The position numbers and the translations under genes are program-made. From a virus, in the IMG/VR virus record IMGVR_UViG_3300042484_002041, positions 64,001 to 128,000 of that record: 64,000 bases of DNA, one strand, 5' to 3'. The notes beneath the pieces were generated by a model that did no database searches, was not told where the DNA came from, and saw only the letters and a list, made by a program, of their open reading frames with translations. Numbering within the stretch: position 1 is the stretch's first letter; every line of letters starts with the position of its first letter. This document shows, in pieces, positions 25,202 through 35,067 of the stretch.

Positions 25202-27200
25202 CATAGCTGGCCAACCAGGCCCACTCATAGCTCTTGCGCAACTCAGTAAAGTTGCCCTGGACTGCATCGTAGTACTCTATTGCGTCCTGTGCGCCACAAC
25301 GACTCCACTTCTCGTTGACTATGTGCTGGTTAGTGTTGTCAAAGTTAAGCCAACGATCAAGTCTGTATTCGCTTTCCACATCTGGTAAGCTGGCGCGTAG
25401 TTTAATCGCCTCTCTAAATGCTGTACGCCAGGCCGACCAAGGTGTCTGGGCGTAATACGCGGTGCCCGACAGTATAGGAACAACTTCGTGTGCTTGATCT
25501 AAGGTAAAGTCCAGGCCTGTTCCGGAGTTTGATAATACCAGTTTCTTGTTGTACGCAATCATGGCTTGGTGTCCGTATTCTAAACCGTTAACGGGATTCT
25601 TTGCGTTGAAAATATAATGCTTGGCGGCCTGCAAGCGGTCTGGTTGCCAGTCCCACGGGAATCCAACATCTATCCGAAGCTTGGCAAACACACACAAGGC
25701 CCAAGGTGTTGTGCTTGCTTCTAACGCAGCGTGGTATGCAGCAACCCGGCCGTTAATACCATCAACACGGTGTAACCGATTAGGCTGTTCCTGTAGGCAC
25801 ATGGCAAGATGATTGTAGTGAAACTCTGCATTTCTTTCGCCGTTGCTGATAAACACCACATCCAGTGGGGCAGCACACAACATATGGTCACGTTCAATGT
25901 ACGGGTAGTCGTAAATCTGTGTGCGGACGTAAGGCACAGCAGTCTTGGGTATGATCACCGTTGCGCCACCGGAGTCCAATGCAACCACAGTCTTGGTCTG
26001 TTCTCGCCACAAGGACACAATGGCGAGATCACTAGACACATACTCCGTTGTGGTAAACACTGCAAATGGGCCTGACCAGTCTTGTGTCTTAACCGCATCA
26101 ACATGTGTGTCTTGCGCATGCCGCACAACCGGCATGGGCCGTCGGGGCACATCAGTATCTGTAATAAAATTTAAATCATACCACTCCAACAGTTGACAAC
26201 GTGCACTGCGTTCCTTAAAGGTAGGAACATGCATAAAGAATGTGTCGCCAAACTTTTGCCCCGAGCTTGGGAATACATGCAGCATGGTGCTTTGCCAGCG
26301 TTCTGGATGCCAAGAGAAGTCAAACCCAGTATAGTCACATAAAGAACTAACGATCCAGATCCACTCTTGATCATCTGGCGCAGAGTTGGCAATGCGCTTT
26401 AACGTGTCCAAGTAGTTGTCAAAGTAACGTACACGTTTAAGCACCTGGGTGTGCTGCTCAACTTGCTGCGTTGTCCTGTCCACGGCACCGTCCAGGTGAT
26501 CAATTACATATGCACCCGACGTATATGTGCTGCGGATGCGCAAATTCTCGGCAAACTTTGTATCAACTGCACCCGGAACCACGTACTTGGGGCCGCCGGT
26601 ACGCTGATGTTGTGTACCAAACTCATAAATGTAAGGCTGTTCTGTGGTGTCTGGATGCCAAGTCCAATCAAAGCTGTTGACATCAACTCCGGGAGGAACA
26701 AGCCAACAATCATCACGACTGGTAACAGTAGCCCGTGGAGCGGCCACATATTTAATATCCTGTCCGCCCGGCACTGTGTATACTGGGCCGCCTGACTTTT
26801 GATGCTGTGTGCCAAATTGATACACCATAGGCGGCTCTGTAGGATCTGGGTGCCAACTAGTATCCCATGATTCGATGCTACGATGTGGCATTGTCCAGTT
26901 GTCCGCAGCAGGCAGCCGTGTGATGATGGGTGCAGCATGATAGTTAACATCTGCACCACCGTGCTTGGGAATCAGATACGTTCCTGAATCCTTTTGCCAC
27001 TGGCTTGCCCAAGCATGCTGTTGATGACTTTGCCAAGGCACAGGTTCCCAAAGCCAATCCCACCCCGAGTAGTTCGCTAAGTATGTTACGATCCAGCAGT
27101 ACCGTGTGCGACTTAATGCCTGTGCATGGCGGATTGATTCACACTCTTGCTCGTGCGCAAACAGATCTGGTTTGTTGCCAATATAAAAAACGTCAAACAT
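25170..27200 (-). CDS. Multidomain glycosyltransferase-like protein with internal repeats
   Basis: Repeated W[DT]xxWHP...Y[QE]FGTQHQ..GGP units; C-terminal domain homologous to 51952-52875 (DVVFIS..RVDG..AWR.AFRE). Confidence 0.6.
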   Translation of the reverse strand: MFDVFYIGNKPDLFAHEQECESIRHAQALSRTRYCWIVTYLANYSGWDWLWEPVPWQSHQQHAWASQWQKDSGTYLIPKHGGADVNYHAAPIITRLPAADNWTMPHRSIESWDTSWHPDPTEPPMVYQFGTQHQKSGGPVYTVPGGQDIKYVAAPRATVTSRDDCWLVPPGVDVNSFDWTWHPDTTEQPYIYEFGTQHQRTGGPKYVVPGAVDTKFAENLRIRSTYTSGAYVIDHLDGAVDRTTQQVEQHTQVLKRVRYFDNYLDTLKRIANSAPDDQEWIWIVSSLCDYTGFDFSWHPERWQSTMLHVFPSSGQKFGDTFFMHVPTFKERSARCQLLEWYDLNFITDTDVPRRPMPVVRHAQDTHVDAVKTQDWSGPFAVFTTTEYVSSDLAIVSLWREQTKTVVALDSGGATVIIPKTAVPYVRTQIYDYPYIERDHMLCAAPLDVVFISNGERNAEFHYNHLAMCLQEQPNRLHRVDGINGRVAAYHAALEASTTPWALCVFAKLRIDVGFPWDWQPDRLQAAKHYIFNAKNPVNGLEYGHQAMIAYNKKLVLSNSGTGLDFTLDQAHEVVPILSGTAYYAQTPWSAWRTAFREAIKLRASLPDVESEYRLDRWLNFDNTNQHIVNEKWSRCGAQDAIEYYDAVQGNFTELRKSYEWAWLASYAMLRRNLLPD

Positions 27201-28311
27201 GATTCGTATAGATGAGATTTACAATAATACTTTTTGGCCATTCTTAAAGAAGAACGCACCACAAACAAGAATGTTCTTTTGCGATCCACCCGGTCGCAGC
27301 GATCCCGAAAGCTTGTTTAATTTTGGAATTAATGATGTTGAATGCAATTATATACTATTCCACGATCAAGAACCAATACATATGGACATCCATTGCGCTC
27401 TATTTGATGATGTAGTACGGCGAAATGATGATATTGATAATCAACAACCAATTAAAAATCGAGCCGTAGTCACAAGCGAATACAATAGCGAATTTGTTGA
27501 ACAAGTATGTAGTCAATATAATTGGCAGCACTACTATTACTTCTATCACGGGTGGGCAGCACTGGATTGGTATCGCGGCTATCATCGTACCTGGCTCATT
27601 ACACCTCCCGAACAACGCAAAATAACTAGAAGCTTTATTGCCCCTAATCGTATTGTGGGGGGCAAGCGCGATCACCGTGTATTACTGCTGTATCACATGT
27701 TCCGCAATCAAGTTAGTAATGCCTGGATCAGTTGCCCAAGGGTGTGCCCTGCCGAAAATGTCGCCATTGATCAAATAGCTGCAAAATTTAGTACACGTTA
27801 TCCTGATATCGGTGCAGTATTCAAACAAGCACCAATCCCCATGAACTTTCCTGGTGAGACTGATCACCCCATGCATAGCTGCTGGTTAAGCTTGTTTGAC
27901 GAAAGTGCAGAAAGTCTTGCTTATGTAGTAACAGAAACTGTGTTCCAGGGACGCAGACAGCACTTGACTGAAAAGACTTTTAAGCCCATATGCTTGCAAA
28001 TGCCATTTGTTTTGGCCGGCGCTGCAGGCAGTCTTGAGTACTTGCGTAGTTATGGATTCCGTACATTCAGTGGCATATGGGACGAGAGTTACGATACGGA
28101 AACGGACGACTTTGTTCGCCTGGAAAAAATAGGACAGTTGCTTAAAGACCTAGACAACATGAGCCAACGCGAGCTCAACCAATTGTATCAAGCTGCGCGA
28201 CCTGCTGTAGAACATAACTATAAACATTTCTATGGGGGCACGTTTGAAGCCCTGTTATGGAACGAGTTGCAACAAATGTTAACACAAATTAAAAATGATT
28301 TTCGAGTTTGA
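27199..28311 (+). CDS. 'TEK' glycosyltransferase-like protein (GT10-like)
   Basis: VVTET...HLTEKTFKPI...GFRTF..IWDESYD. Confidence 0.75.
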   Translation: MIRIDEIYNNTFWPFLKKNAPQTRMFFCDPPGRSDPESLFNFGINDVECNYILFHDQEPIHMDIHCALFDDVVRRNDDIDNQQPIKNRAVVTSEYNSEFVEQVCSQYNWQHYYYFYHGWAALDWYRGYHRTWLITPPEQRKITRSFIAPNRIVGGKRDHRVLLLYHMFRNQVSNAWISCPRVCPAENVAIDQIAAKFSTRYPDIGAVFKQAPIPMNFPGETDHPMHSCWLSLFDESAESLAYVVTETVFQGRRQHLTEKTFKPICLQMPFVLAGAAGSLEYLRSYGFRTFSGIWDESYDTETDDFVRLEKIGQLLKDLDNMSQRELNQLYQAARPAVEHNYKHFYGGTFEALLWNELQQMLTQIKNDFRV

Positions 28312-29458
28312 TCAATACGTTCAAGGCCGTCCGTGCCCTAACTTGGCACGACATCAAGCTGTGCCTTACACTCCCGGGTGGAGACAGTTTAACGGACACT
28401 GGCCCTGGGTACAACCTGCAATACTACCTGACTACTTGCAGCATGAGGGAGTTGATACTACACAAGGTGCCCGCTATTATGTTGTGGCATTAAGTTGGTT
28501 TGACTTTGGGATACAGTGGTTCAACTTGATCCCTGCAGAGAGAATTAAACAAATGCAGCAAGGGCAGCTAAAGCTGCTGTTCTATTACAACGAAGGCGAC
28601 AATCCCAAGCGACTTCGCGACCATTTACTAGCGCAGTGTAGGAGCGCAGGAGTAGCCGAGGATCAGTTAATAATCATTAGTGGCAACTCTGCTGCTGACC
28701 TGTTACCTAACTCAGCCTGGTTCCCTGATCATGAATTATTATATGCAAAAAGAAATCGACGTGTAGAGCCTATTGCTTATCACGAGCAGCCCCGCAGTAA
28801 ACTGTTTACTGCACTGGTAAGGACACACAAGTTTTGGCGTGCAACCACCATGGCCGAACTATGGAGGCGGGGGTGGCATCAACATGCCTACTTCTCTTAT
28901 AACACACGCTTGGCAGTAGAGGAGACTCCGTCTGACAATCCCATTGAGATCCATAAATTTGACGGACTCAATGTCAGTATGTTTGACTTCTTGCGCTACC
29001 AATTCAAAGCTGATACCCTGACGTCTGATCAACATAATGATCATCATTTAATTGTAGCCGAGCACCATAATGACAGTTACTTGAACGTGGTACTCGAAAC
29101 ACACATGGATGCAGATCAAAGTAATGGCGTATTCTTAACAGAAAAGACATTCAAGCCCATTAAACATGCGCAGCCATTTGTTATTTTTGGAGCAGCACAT
29201 AGCCTTGCACGGCTGCGGGACATGGGGTACCGAACATTCGACCACGTGTTAGACAATAGATACGACAGTATAGAAAACACCACAGATAGGTGGCAATGCT
29301 TGGTCACTATGTTGCACACAATGTTCGGGGGTGGTGTGCCGCACATGCATCAGTTATATTGTGCGTGCCGAGATGATATGCTGCACAATCAACAGCATTT
29401 TTTAGCCTCGCGCAGGGACCGCTTAAATAATCTACTTAGGAAAATCAATTGCGAGTAA
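28295..29458 (+). CDS. 'TEK' glycosyltransferase-like protein (GT10-like)
   Basis: VVLET...FLTEKTFKPI...GYRTF..VLDNRYD. Confidence 0.75.
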   Translation: MIFEFDQYVQGRPCPNLARHQAVPYTPGWRQFNGHWPWVQPAILPDYLQHEGVDTTQGARYYVVALSWFDFGIQWFNLIPAERIKQMQQGQLKLLFYYNEGDNPKRLRDHLLAQCRSAGVAEDQLIIISGNSAADLLPNSAWFPDHELLYAKRNRRVEPIAYHEQPRSKLFTALVRTHKFWRATTMAELWRRGWHQHAYFSYNTRLAVEETPSDNPIEIHKFDGLNVSMFDFLRYQFKADTLTSDQHNDHHLIVAEHHNDSYLNVVLETHMDADQSNGVFLTEKTFKPIKHAQPFVIFGAAHSLARLRDMGYRTFDHVLDNRYDSIENTTDRWQCLVTMLHTMFGGGVPHMHQLYCACRDDMLHNQQHFLASRRDRLNNLLRKINCE

Positions 29459-30471
29459 ACTCATACACCAGCTGGCAACCGCTTGAAGAAGTTATTGTGG
29501 GACGAACCTACACCACGGACTACTTTGACTTTATCGATAATGCGCAAGTACGTGGCCAACTACAGCAAATTCTTTTTGAAACACAAGAAGATCTTAGCAA
29601 CTTGGCACGTACCATTGAATTGTTTGGGGCTAAAGTTCAACGTCCAGACTTGCCCGATAAGAAAGATTTTGAGCAGTGGCAAATTCAAGGTCAAGGTGCA
29701 CCACTTCCTCCTCTTACTCCAAGAGACTGGCAAATTACCCTAGGTAACAAGCTGTTACGGGTGTTGCCCATGCCTGAACTGGATCGTATTTGTTCCGAGT
29801 ATGGAGATTCTGTACTTAATCCGCACGGAGACAATTGGGATCCTGACTGCATCTTAAATGGTGCCAGTGCCAGTTGCATTGTACGGGTAGGCCGGGATGT
29901 GTTCTTTGATAATTCAGACTTCTTGCGCCCTGATCAAAGCGCCTGGATCCAGGACAATTGTTTAGATTCCAACTATCGCATCCACGAGGCTGTCACCGAC
30001 GGGCACGGCGATGCTGTGTTTGCTATCCTCAAGCCCGGTGTTATCCTGAGTAGCAAACACGATGTCAATCTCAACTTGGCAAAGGACTTTCCTGGATGGG
30101 ATGTTTGCAAGATTTGGGACAGTAGTATCTGGGCAGCAATGGAAGTAGGCAAGTTCAAGTACGAGCAAAGTCCTGGCGCTTGGTATGTGCAAGGACAAAC
30201 CCCTACTCCTGCATTTACAGAGTTTGTTAATACTTACTTGACCAAGTGGACTGGCTTTGTTGCCGAGACTGTGTTTGATGTCAACTGCTTGGTACTAGAC
30301 GAGTCGCACGTGATCTTTAGTGCATACAATAAAGAAGTGTTTACGTTTTGTCACAAACACGGCATTGAGCCTATTATCAGTGAGCTACGGCATAGTTACT
30401 TTTGGGACGGCGGCATTAGCTGCTGCACACAAGACATTCGGCGCTGCGGCGGGTTAGAAACATACTTGTGA
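29449..30471 (+). CDS. Amidinotransferase (glycine/inosamine-phosphate amidinotransferase family)
   Basis: SWQPLEEVIVG, PRD, GHGD, WDGGISC catalytic Cys. Confidence 0.85.
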   Translation: MRVNSYTSWQPLEEVIVGRTYTTDYFDFIDNAQVRGQLQQILFETQEDLSNLARTIELFGAKVQRPDLPDKKDFEQWQIQGQGAPLPPLTPRDWQITLGNKLLRVLPMPELDRICSEYGDSVLNPHGDNWDPDCILNGASASCIVRVGRDVFFDNSDFLRPDQSAWIQDNCLDSNYRIHEAVTDGHGDAVFAILKPGVILSSKHDVNLNLAKDFPGWDVCKIWDSSIWAAMEVGKFKYEQSPGAWYVQGQTPTPAFTEFVNTYLTKWTGFVAETVFDVNCLVLDESHVIFSAYNKEVFTFCHKHGIEPIISELRHSYFWDGGISCCTQDIRRCGGLETYL

Positions 30472-31760
30472 ATGACCTTGACAACATCTATAAAGAACTA
30501 GGCAAAGACATATGTTTAATGCCTTTCCTGGCGGCCTTCTATCAAACACATAATGTAGCGCAAGTACAAGACGGCGAACTACCAAATTCTGTTCGCCCGT
30601 GTAGTTTAATCACAAAAGATACACCTAGAAGATGGGCAATTACCAATCAAAGTGTGTATGAGGCCAGAAATTCGCCTGCCTGGAGAGAGATTCGGGAACA
30701 GTTTGTCCAAGGCCAATTTAAATCAATAGATGATTGTAGCATTTGTATTCATAATGAATTAGTAAACGGTACTAGTCCCAGAAAGGAAAGCAATCGAGCG
30801 TTAGCACATCAACTAGATATCAACATTGTTGATACTGTAAAACAAATCATTGCAGACGATTACTATGCTCACAATATCTATGCACTAGATTACTATCCTA
30901 GCAACTATTGTAATCTAGAATGCGTAATGTGCGGCAGTGGCTCCAGTAGTCGTAGACAAGTGTTTGAGGTTAAATTTTTAAATCAACCAAGCCGGATTAC
31001 ATTTAACGAGGCTGATCCAGACTTCCTGGACGCATTACATAGAGTACAAGTAATAAACTTTGCCGGTGGCGAAACAATGATGCAACCACAATTTCACAAA
31101 GTGCTGGATTACCAGATTGATAATGATCTAGCCCATAATGTTATTGTTGGCTTCTTGACCAATGCCACTAGCAATACTAGCAAAGTTGATAGTAAATTTC
31201 AACACTTCCGTCAAGTTGTGTGTAGTGTGAGTATAGACGGAGTCGGAGAAGTAATTGAATATCAGCGCCGCGGCTGCAACTGGGCTGAAGTATCAGAGAA
31301 TGCACTTACGCTAATGCATCATACTGATGTCGGTGCTGTGGTTAACTATGTGCTTACCAATATAAATGTATTCAGCTTTATGGACTTTGTTGACTGGTGT
31401 TACACTAACGACTATGGTCCCAAGTATAAAGAAGAGCAACGGAACTTTATCACGATCACACCTGTGTTCAGGGCCGATCATTTAAGCGTCACAGCACTGC
31501 CCCCGGAGTTAAAACACACAGCACTGAGTAGATTACATGCCGGGTTGGTCCGTTATCGTGCGATCAACACTGTGATGTCCAGGTACTACAGTCGTATAAT
31601 CCTGCAGGCAATTGATATTGTGACAGCTGCCAAGCATGATGAATCACACTTGATGCAGTTTGTTCAGTTAATTCAAAAAGAAAATCTTGCAAGTGCCCGG
31701 TCTTTACAGCAAGTGGTGCCTGAATGGGCACCATACTTACAGCCTAACTACAAACCTTAA
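30468..31760 (+). CDS. Radical SAM protein with N-terminal SPASM/Twitch-like domain
   Basis: CLMPF...PC...CSIC; CNLECVMC; GGE; SIDG. Confidence 0.85.
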   Translation: MNDLDNIYKELGKDICLMPFLAAFYQTHNVAQVQDGELPNSVRPCSLITKDTPRRWAITNQSVYEARNSPAWREIREQFVQGQFKSIDDCSICIHNELVNGTSPRKESNRALAHQLDINIVDTVKQIIADDYYAHNIYALDYYPSNYCNLECVMCGSGSSSRRQVFEVKFLNQPSRITFNEADPDFLDALHRVQVINFAGGETMMQPQFHKVLDYQIDNDLAHNVIVGFLTNATSNTSKVDSKFQHFRQVVCSVSIDGVGEVIEYQRRGCNWAEVSENALTLMHHTDVGAVVNYVLTNINVFSFMDFVDWCYTNDYGPKYKEEQRNFITITPVFRADHLSVTALPPELKHTALSRLHAGLVRYRAINTVMSRYYSRIILQAIDIVTAAKHDESHLMQFVQLIQKENLASARSLQQVVPEWAPYLQPNYKP

Positions 31761-33225
31761 CACCGTACTGTTGTTCAAAACGGTCTGCATCAGCGCGATC
31801 ATTAACAATCGGCTCGCCCCTAATGTTAAGGCTAGTGTTAAGCAGCATGGGGCAGCCTGTAAGCATGTGCCAGTCTTCAAGTAGTTGTCTAATCCCGGAA
31901 CCATCCGCAGGCACAGTTTGCACCCGTGCAGTGTTGTCCACATGGCAAATGGCCGGGAACTGCTCCGGATGTCGACATGGGGCAACAATCTGCATGTAGT
32001 GACTAGACTGCCAGTTGTGTGGCATATCAAAGTGTGCACCAGCAAACTCAGCCAACACAACAGGGGCAAAGGGCCGAAACTGCTGCCTACGCTTGATCAA
32101 GTTGACACGGTCTTTGATGTCTGGTCCACGTGGGTCAGCCAGTAAGCTACGGTTACCCAAGGCGCGCGGACCAAACTCTGCACGGCCACTTGCTACACCC
32201 ACAATCTTGTTGGCCAATAGTTCATCAATCACTGCTCGTACTGGGTATGCGCCCGGGATCATATGGCCCAAGAATGCAGTTTTCCAATTCAATCTACGTC
32301 CAAATGCCAGTGCTGCTGCACCCAAGCTGCTACCAGCATCACCCGGGTTGGGCATGATCCATATGTGATCAAACATGCTACCTAGTTTACTGTTGGCAAC
32401 ACAGTTCAGTGCTACTCCGCCCATGTACACTAAGTTGCTCTCGCCTGTGAGCGCACGGGCATGCTGCATGATGTTCCGGACCAGTGCTTCAGTCAATGTC
32501 TGTGCAGCCGCTGCAATGTCTTCTTTACGTAGAAATGGCAGCTCATAAGGATCCAAGCCTATGTGTAGATTCTTTTTAAAACGGGCAGTTTTAATATCAT
32601 CAATGAACTGATCGCGCATCCAGGCCGCGCCCAGATCAGATCCATACGCAGCCATGCCCATGGTGATGTATTCTTCTTCCATGGGCTTCAAGCCTACTGC
32701 CTTGGTAATGGCCGAATAGAAAAGACCAATACTGTGTGGATACCCTTGCCGCCATAACAGTTGGTATTGCGCACGGCCATCTGCTGCGGAATATCCTGCA
32801 CGGTAAATGCTTATAGTATCAAGCTCGCCAATGGCATCAATTACCACAACGGCTGCAGTTTCAAATGGGCTGGTCTGAAAACCCGCTGCGGCATGACTCA
32901 AGTGGTGGCCGGCACAGGTAACACTGGCAGACTCCGGATACCAGCGGCCCAGGTGTTGCTTTAACGCAGTTCGCAAGCGCCAAGGGCCATACAAGTGCTG
33001 CCCGCTGCGCCACTGTTGTATGTTATGCATCCAGGGGCGCTCGTAGTACGCTACTGTAGACCAGTCCCATTGGCTAGCATCCTGTAACAAGGTAGTGTGC
33101 AGGAGTTTATCGTTTTTCTTTTTACTGTACCGCTCGCTATGCCCAGCAAATAGAATCTCGCCGTCGATGCTAATCACAGAGGCTGCAGCGTCATGATAGC
33201 CGGCCGAAATCCCTAATATGTTCAT
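31744..33225 (-). CDS. O-carbamoyltransferase (NodU/CmcH/TobZ family)
   Basis: HDAAA, HHLSHAA, GRAEFGPRALGNRS, FRPFAP, LLNTSLN. Confidence 0.93.
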   Translation of the reverse strand: MNILGISAGYHDAAASVISIDGEILFAGHSERYSKKKNDKLLHTTLLQDASQWDWSTVAYYERPWMHNIQQWRSGQHLYGPWRLRTALKQHLGRWYPESASVTCAGHHLSHAAAGFQTSPFETAAVVVIDAIGELDTISIYRAGYSAADGRAQYQLLWRQGYPHSIGLFYSAITKAVGLKPMEEEYITMGMAAYGSDLGAAWMRDQFIDDIKTARFKKNLHIGLDPYELPFLRKEDIAAAAQTLTEALVRNIMQHARALTGESNLVYMGGVALNCVANSKLGSMFDHIWIMPNPGDAGSSLGAAALAFGRRLNWKTAFLGHMIPGAYPVRAVIDELLANKIVGVASGRAEFGPRALGNRSLLADPRGPDIKDRVNLIKRRQQFRPFAPVVLAEFAGAHFDMPHNWQSSHYMQIVAPCRHPEQFPAICHVDNTARVQTVPADGSGIRQLLEDWHMLTGCPMLLNTSLNIRGEPIVNDRADADRFEQQYGVKVCS

Positions 33226-33869
33226 TAAATTATTTTGTTACTCTGAATAAAATCATAAACCTTGTCTGCTACAAGGCGGTGCCCATCTTCTAAAAAGTGG
33301 TGTTCAGGGCCAAACTTGCATCCGGCGGCATGTGCCCATTCAACCATTCCAGTATTTTCATTGGCTGCAATAAAAAGAGATCGATCTACCAAGTCGGTAG
33401 AGTAATAGTATTCTGGAAGATTGATAACTTGGCTACGCAACATCACATATGGTATTTTCCTCATTTTTAAAAAACTCGTTACGAGAATGACATTGTGATA
33501 CCAGGTTGTTTTCTCCAGGAATTCTTCATTATGATTTCTATCTATGTAGTTCAACAAAGGCAATCGTTCTTTCCGAACGCTACAAAATGCTGCATAGCCT
33601 GGCCATAAATTAAATGTTCCGACCTCATCAGAAAATTCCTGGCGTCGTGATACTGTCCACCCAATTATTACCAAGTCCGGCGCCAGGCGGGTAGGGTGGG
33701 TGCAATAGTCCAGCAACTGCCTGCATATTCCAGGGTTGCTGTTGCCCCGGTGGGCTAGGTTAGTCAAGTCGGCTAAAAGCCGACTTGACACCAGGGCCGG
33801 CCATGCATTGTCCAGGTTTGATAGCTCTTGACCGTACGTAAAACTATCACCTAAGGTTAGTAGGTTCAT
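33225..33869 (-). CDS. SGNH-family protein
   Basis: LGDSFT, GNSN, GWT, HHF..DGH. Confidence 0.7.
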   Translation of the reverse strand: MNLLTLGDSFTYGQELSNLDNAWPALVSSRLLADLTNLAHRGNSNPGICRQLLDYCTHPTRLAPDLVIIGWTVSRRQEFSDEVGTFNLWPGYAAFCSVRKERLPLLNYIDRNHNEEFLEKTTWYHNVILVTSFLKMRKIPYVMLRSQVINLPEYYYSTDLVDRSLFIAANENTGMVEWAHAAGCKFGPEHHFLEDGHRLVADKVYDFIQSNKII

Positions 33870-33970
33870 TAACGATAGATAAAAGGATCCCGTTTCCTTA
33901 ACTCTTTGAGTTTTTTACGGTATCGAATTTCTAATCGAATTCGATTGTATAGGTTTTTAATCCAGTTCAT
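33869..33970 (-). CDS. 33-aa micropeptide ending RDPFIYR (SxtK/DUF5989-like)
   Basis: MNWIKNLYNRIRLEIRYRKKLKELRKRDPFIYR; TAATG overlaps at both ends; absent from the ORF track. Confidence 0.75.
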   Translation of the reverse strand: MNWIKNLYNRIRLEIRYRKKLKELRKRDPFIYR

Positions 33971-35067
33971 TATGAGTTTCCTTGTCTAATGATTGCAACT
34001 TGTCGAGCCATAAAGTCACCGTCACTCCAACGATAATCATAATGAGCTGCACTGCTACTTGTTTTTACACTGTAAACATCAAGGTGCTGTACTAATTTAG
34101 TCCATATGTCTTGATACTGTATAGAACCAAATGTGCGCAGTAAATCAACCTGTGCAACTTGCGGATGTCCAATAGTCAAGCTTTTGTCGCTGGGGTCAAA
34201 TCCATTATGGATTAGCCAATCTCGGAACTGAGCAATCTTTTTTTGCTGCCAGGGAAAGGTGCCGGGGTTGTTGGCCCACTCGATGTCAAAGTCTCCGGCT
34301 GCTTCAGTTTGACTTTTTAGTGTCGTCGTAATTAGTTCACTAACGTCCCGGCCCTCATCACAAAACACCTCCCAGTGGTGCTTGCCCACTGCTTTGTTTA
34401 CGCCCACAAACACACCACCTAGGGGCCGGTTAATAGTGTCAACCCCAAACAGTTCGTAGTCTTCTTGATCTAAGGCAAACCTTGGCGCTTGCAGCCAACA
34501 CATCAACTGACTGGGGCGCTGCCATTCAGGTGCTGCTAGTTGCATGCGGAAACTAAGGGCCCAGCTTTCGAACTCATGACAAAGTAGGTTAAGCTGTCTA
34601 ATATGCCACCTTGTTTCGGCGTTGGCCTGGAGGAAGAATGGGCTCATGTTCCCACTTGTGCCTTGCAGGTCTTCAAAGTAACGGTGTAACCAGTTCAAGC
34701 GATTGTGTATAAGATTACGCTTTAATGTAATTCCTGTACGTGCAGATAGCGCATCGTCGCGGTCTGCAATGCAGTTGTCCATTGTGAAGAAGTCATTAAT
34801 TTGATACCCCAAGTCAGCTGCATTAATTGCAGCAATGGATCTGTTTACTTGTTCAAGAATCAACTGCCCATTACGTTTATGCTCTACTATGCCAAAAAAG
34901 CAATAGTTCTTTTCAAGATGATAATTGTTTGTTAGTAATTGATTCAGTGCAGCCAGCCATTTACGCGACAAGCTGCTGTCGTATACATCAACGTATACGG
35001 TCAACGGTTGATTGTCTTGACCGCGTAACCCAATTTCAATCTGATCTAATACTGTTCCACCACTCAT
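33970..35067 (-). CDS. Hypothetical protein in the modification cluster
   Basis: 365-aa ORF coupled to neighbours; LNWLHRYFE / LNLLCHEFE helices. Confidence 0.7.
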   Translation of the reverse strand: MSGGTVLDQIEIGLRGQDNQPLTVYVDVYDSSLSRKWLAALNQLLTNNYHLEKNYCFFGIVEHKRNGQLILEQVNRSIAAINAADLGYQINDFFTMDNCIADRDDALSARTGITLKRNLIHNRLNWLHRYFEDLQGTSGNMSPFFLQANAETRWHIRQLNLLCHEFESWALSFRMQLAAPEWQRPSQLMCWLQAPRFALDQEDYELFGVDTINRPLGGVFVGVNKAVGKHHWEVFCDEGRDVSELITTTLKSQTEAAGDFDIEWANNPGTFPWQQKKIAQFRDWLIHNGFDPSDKSLTIGHPQVAQVDLLRTFGSIQYQDIWTKLVQHLDVYSVKTSSSAAHYDYRWSDGDFMARQVAIIRQGNS

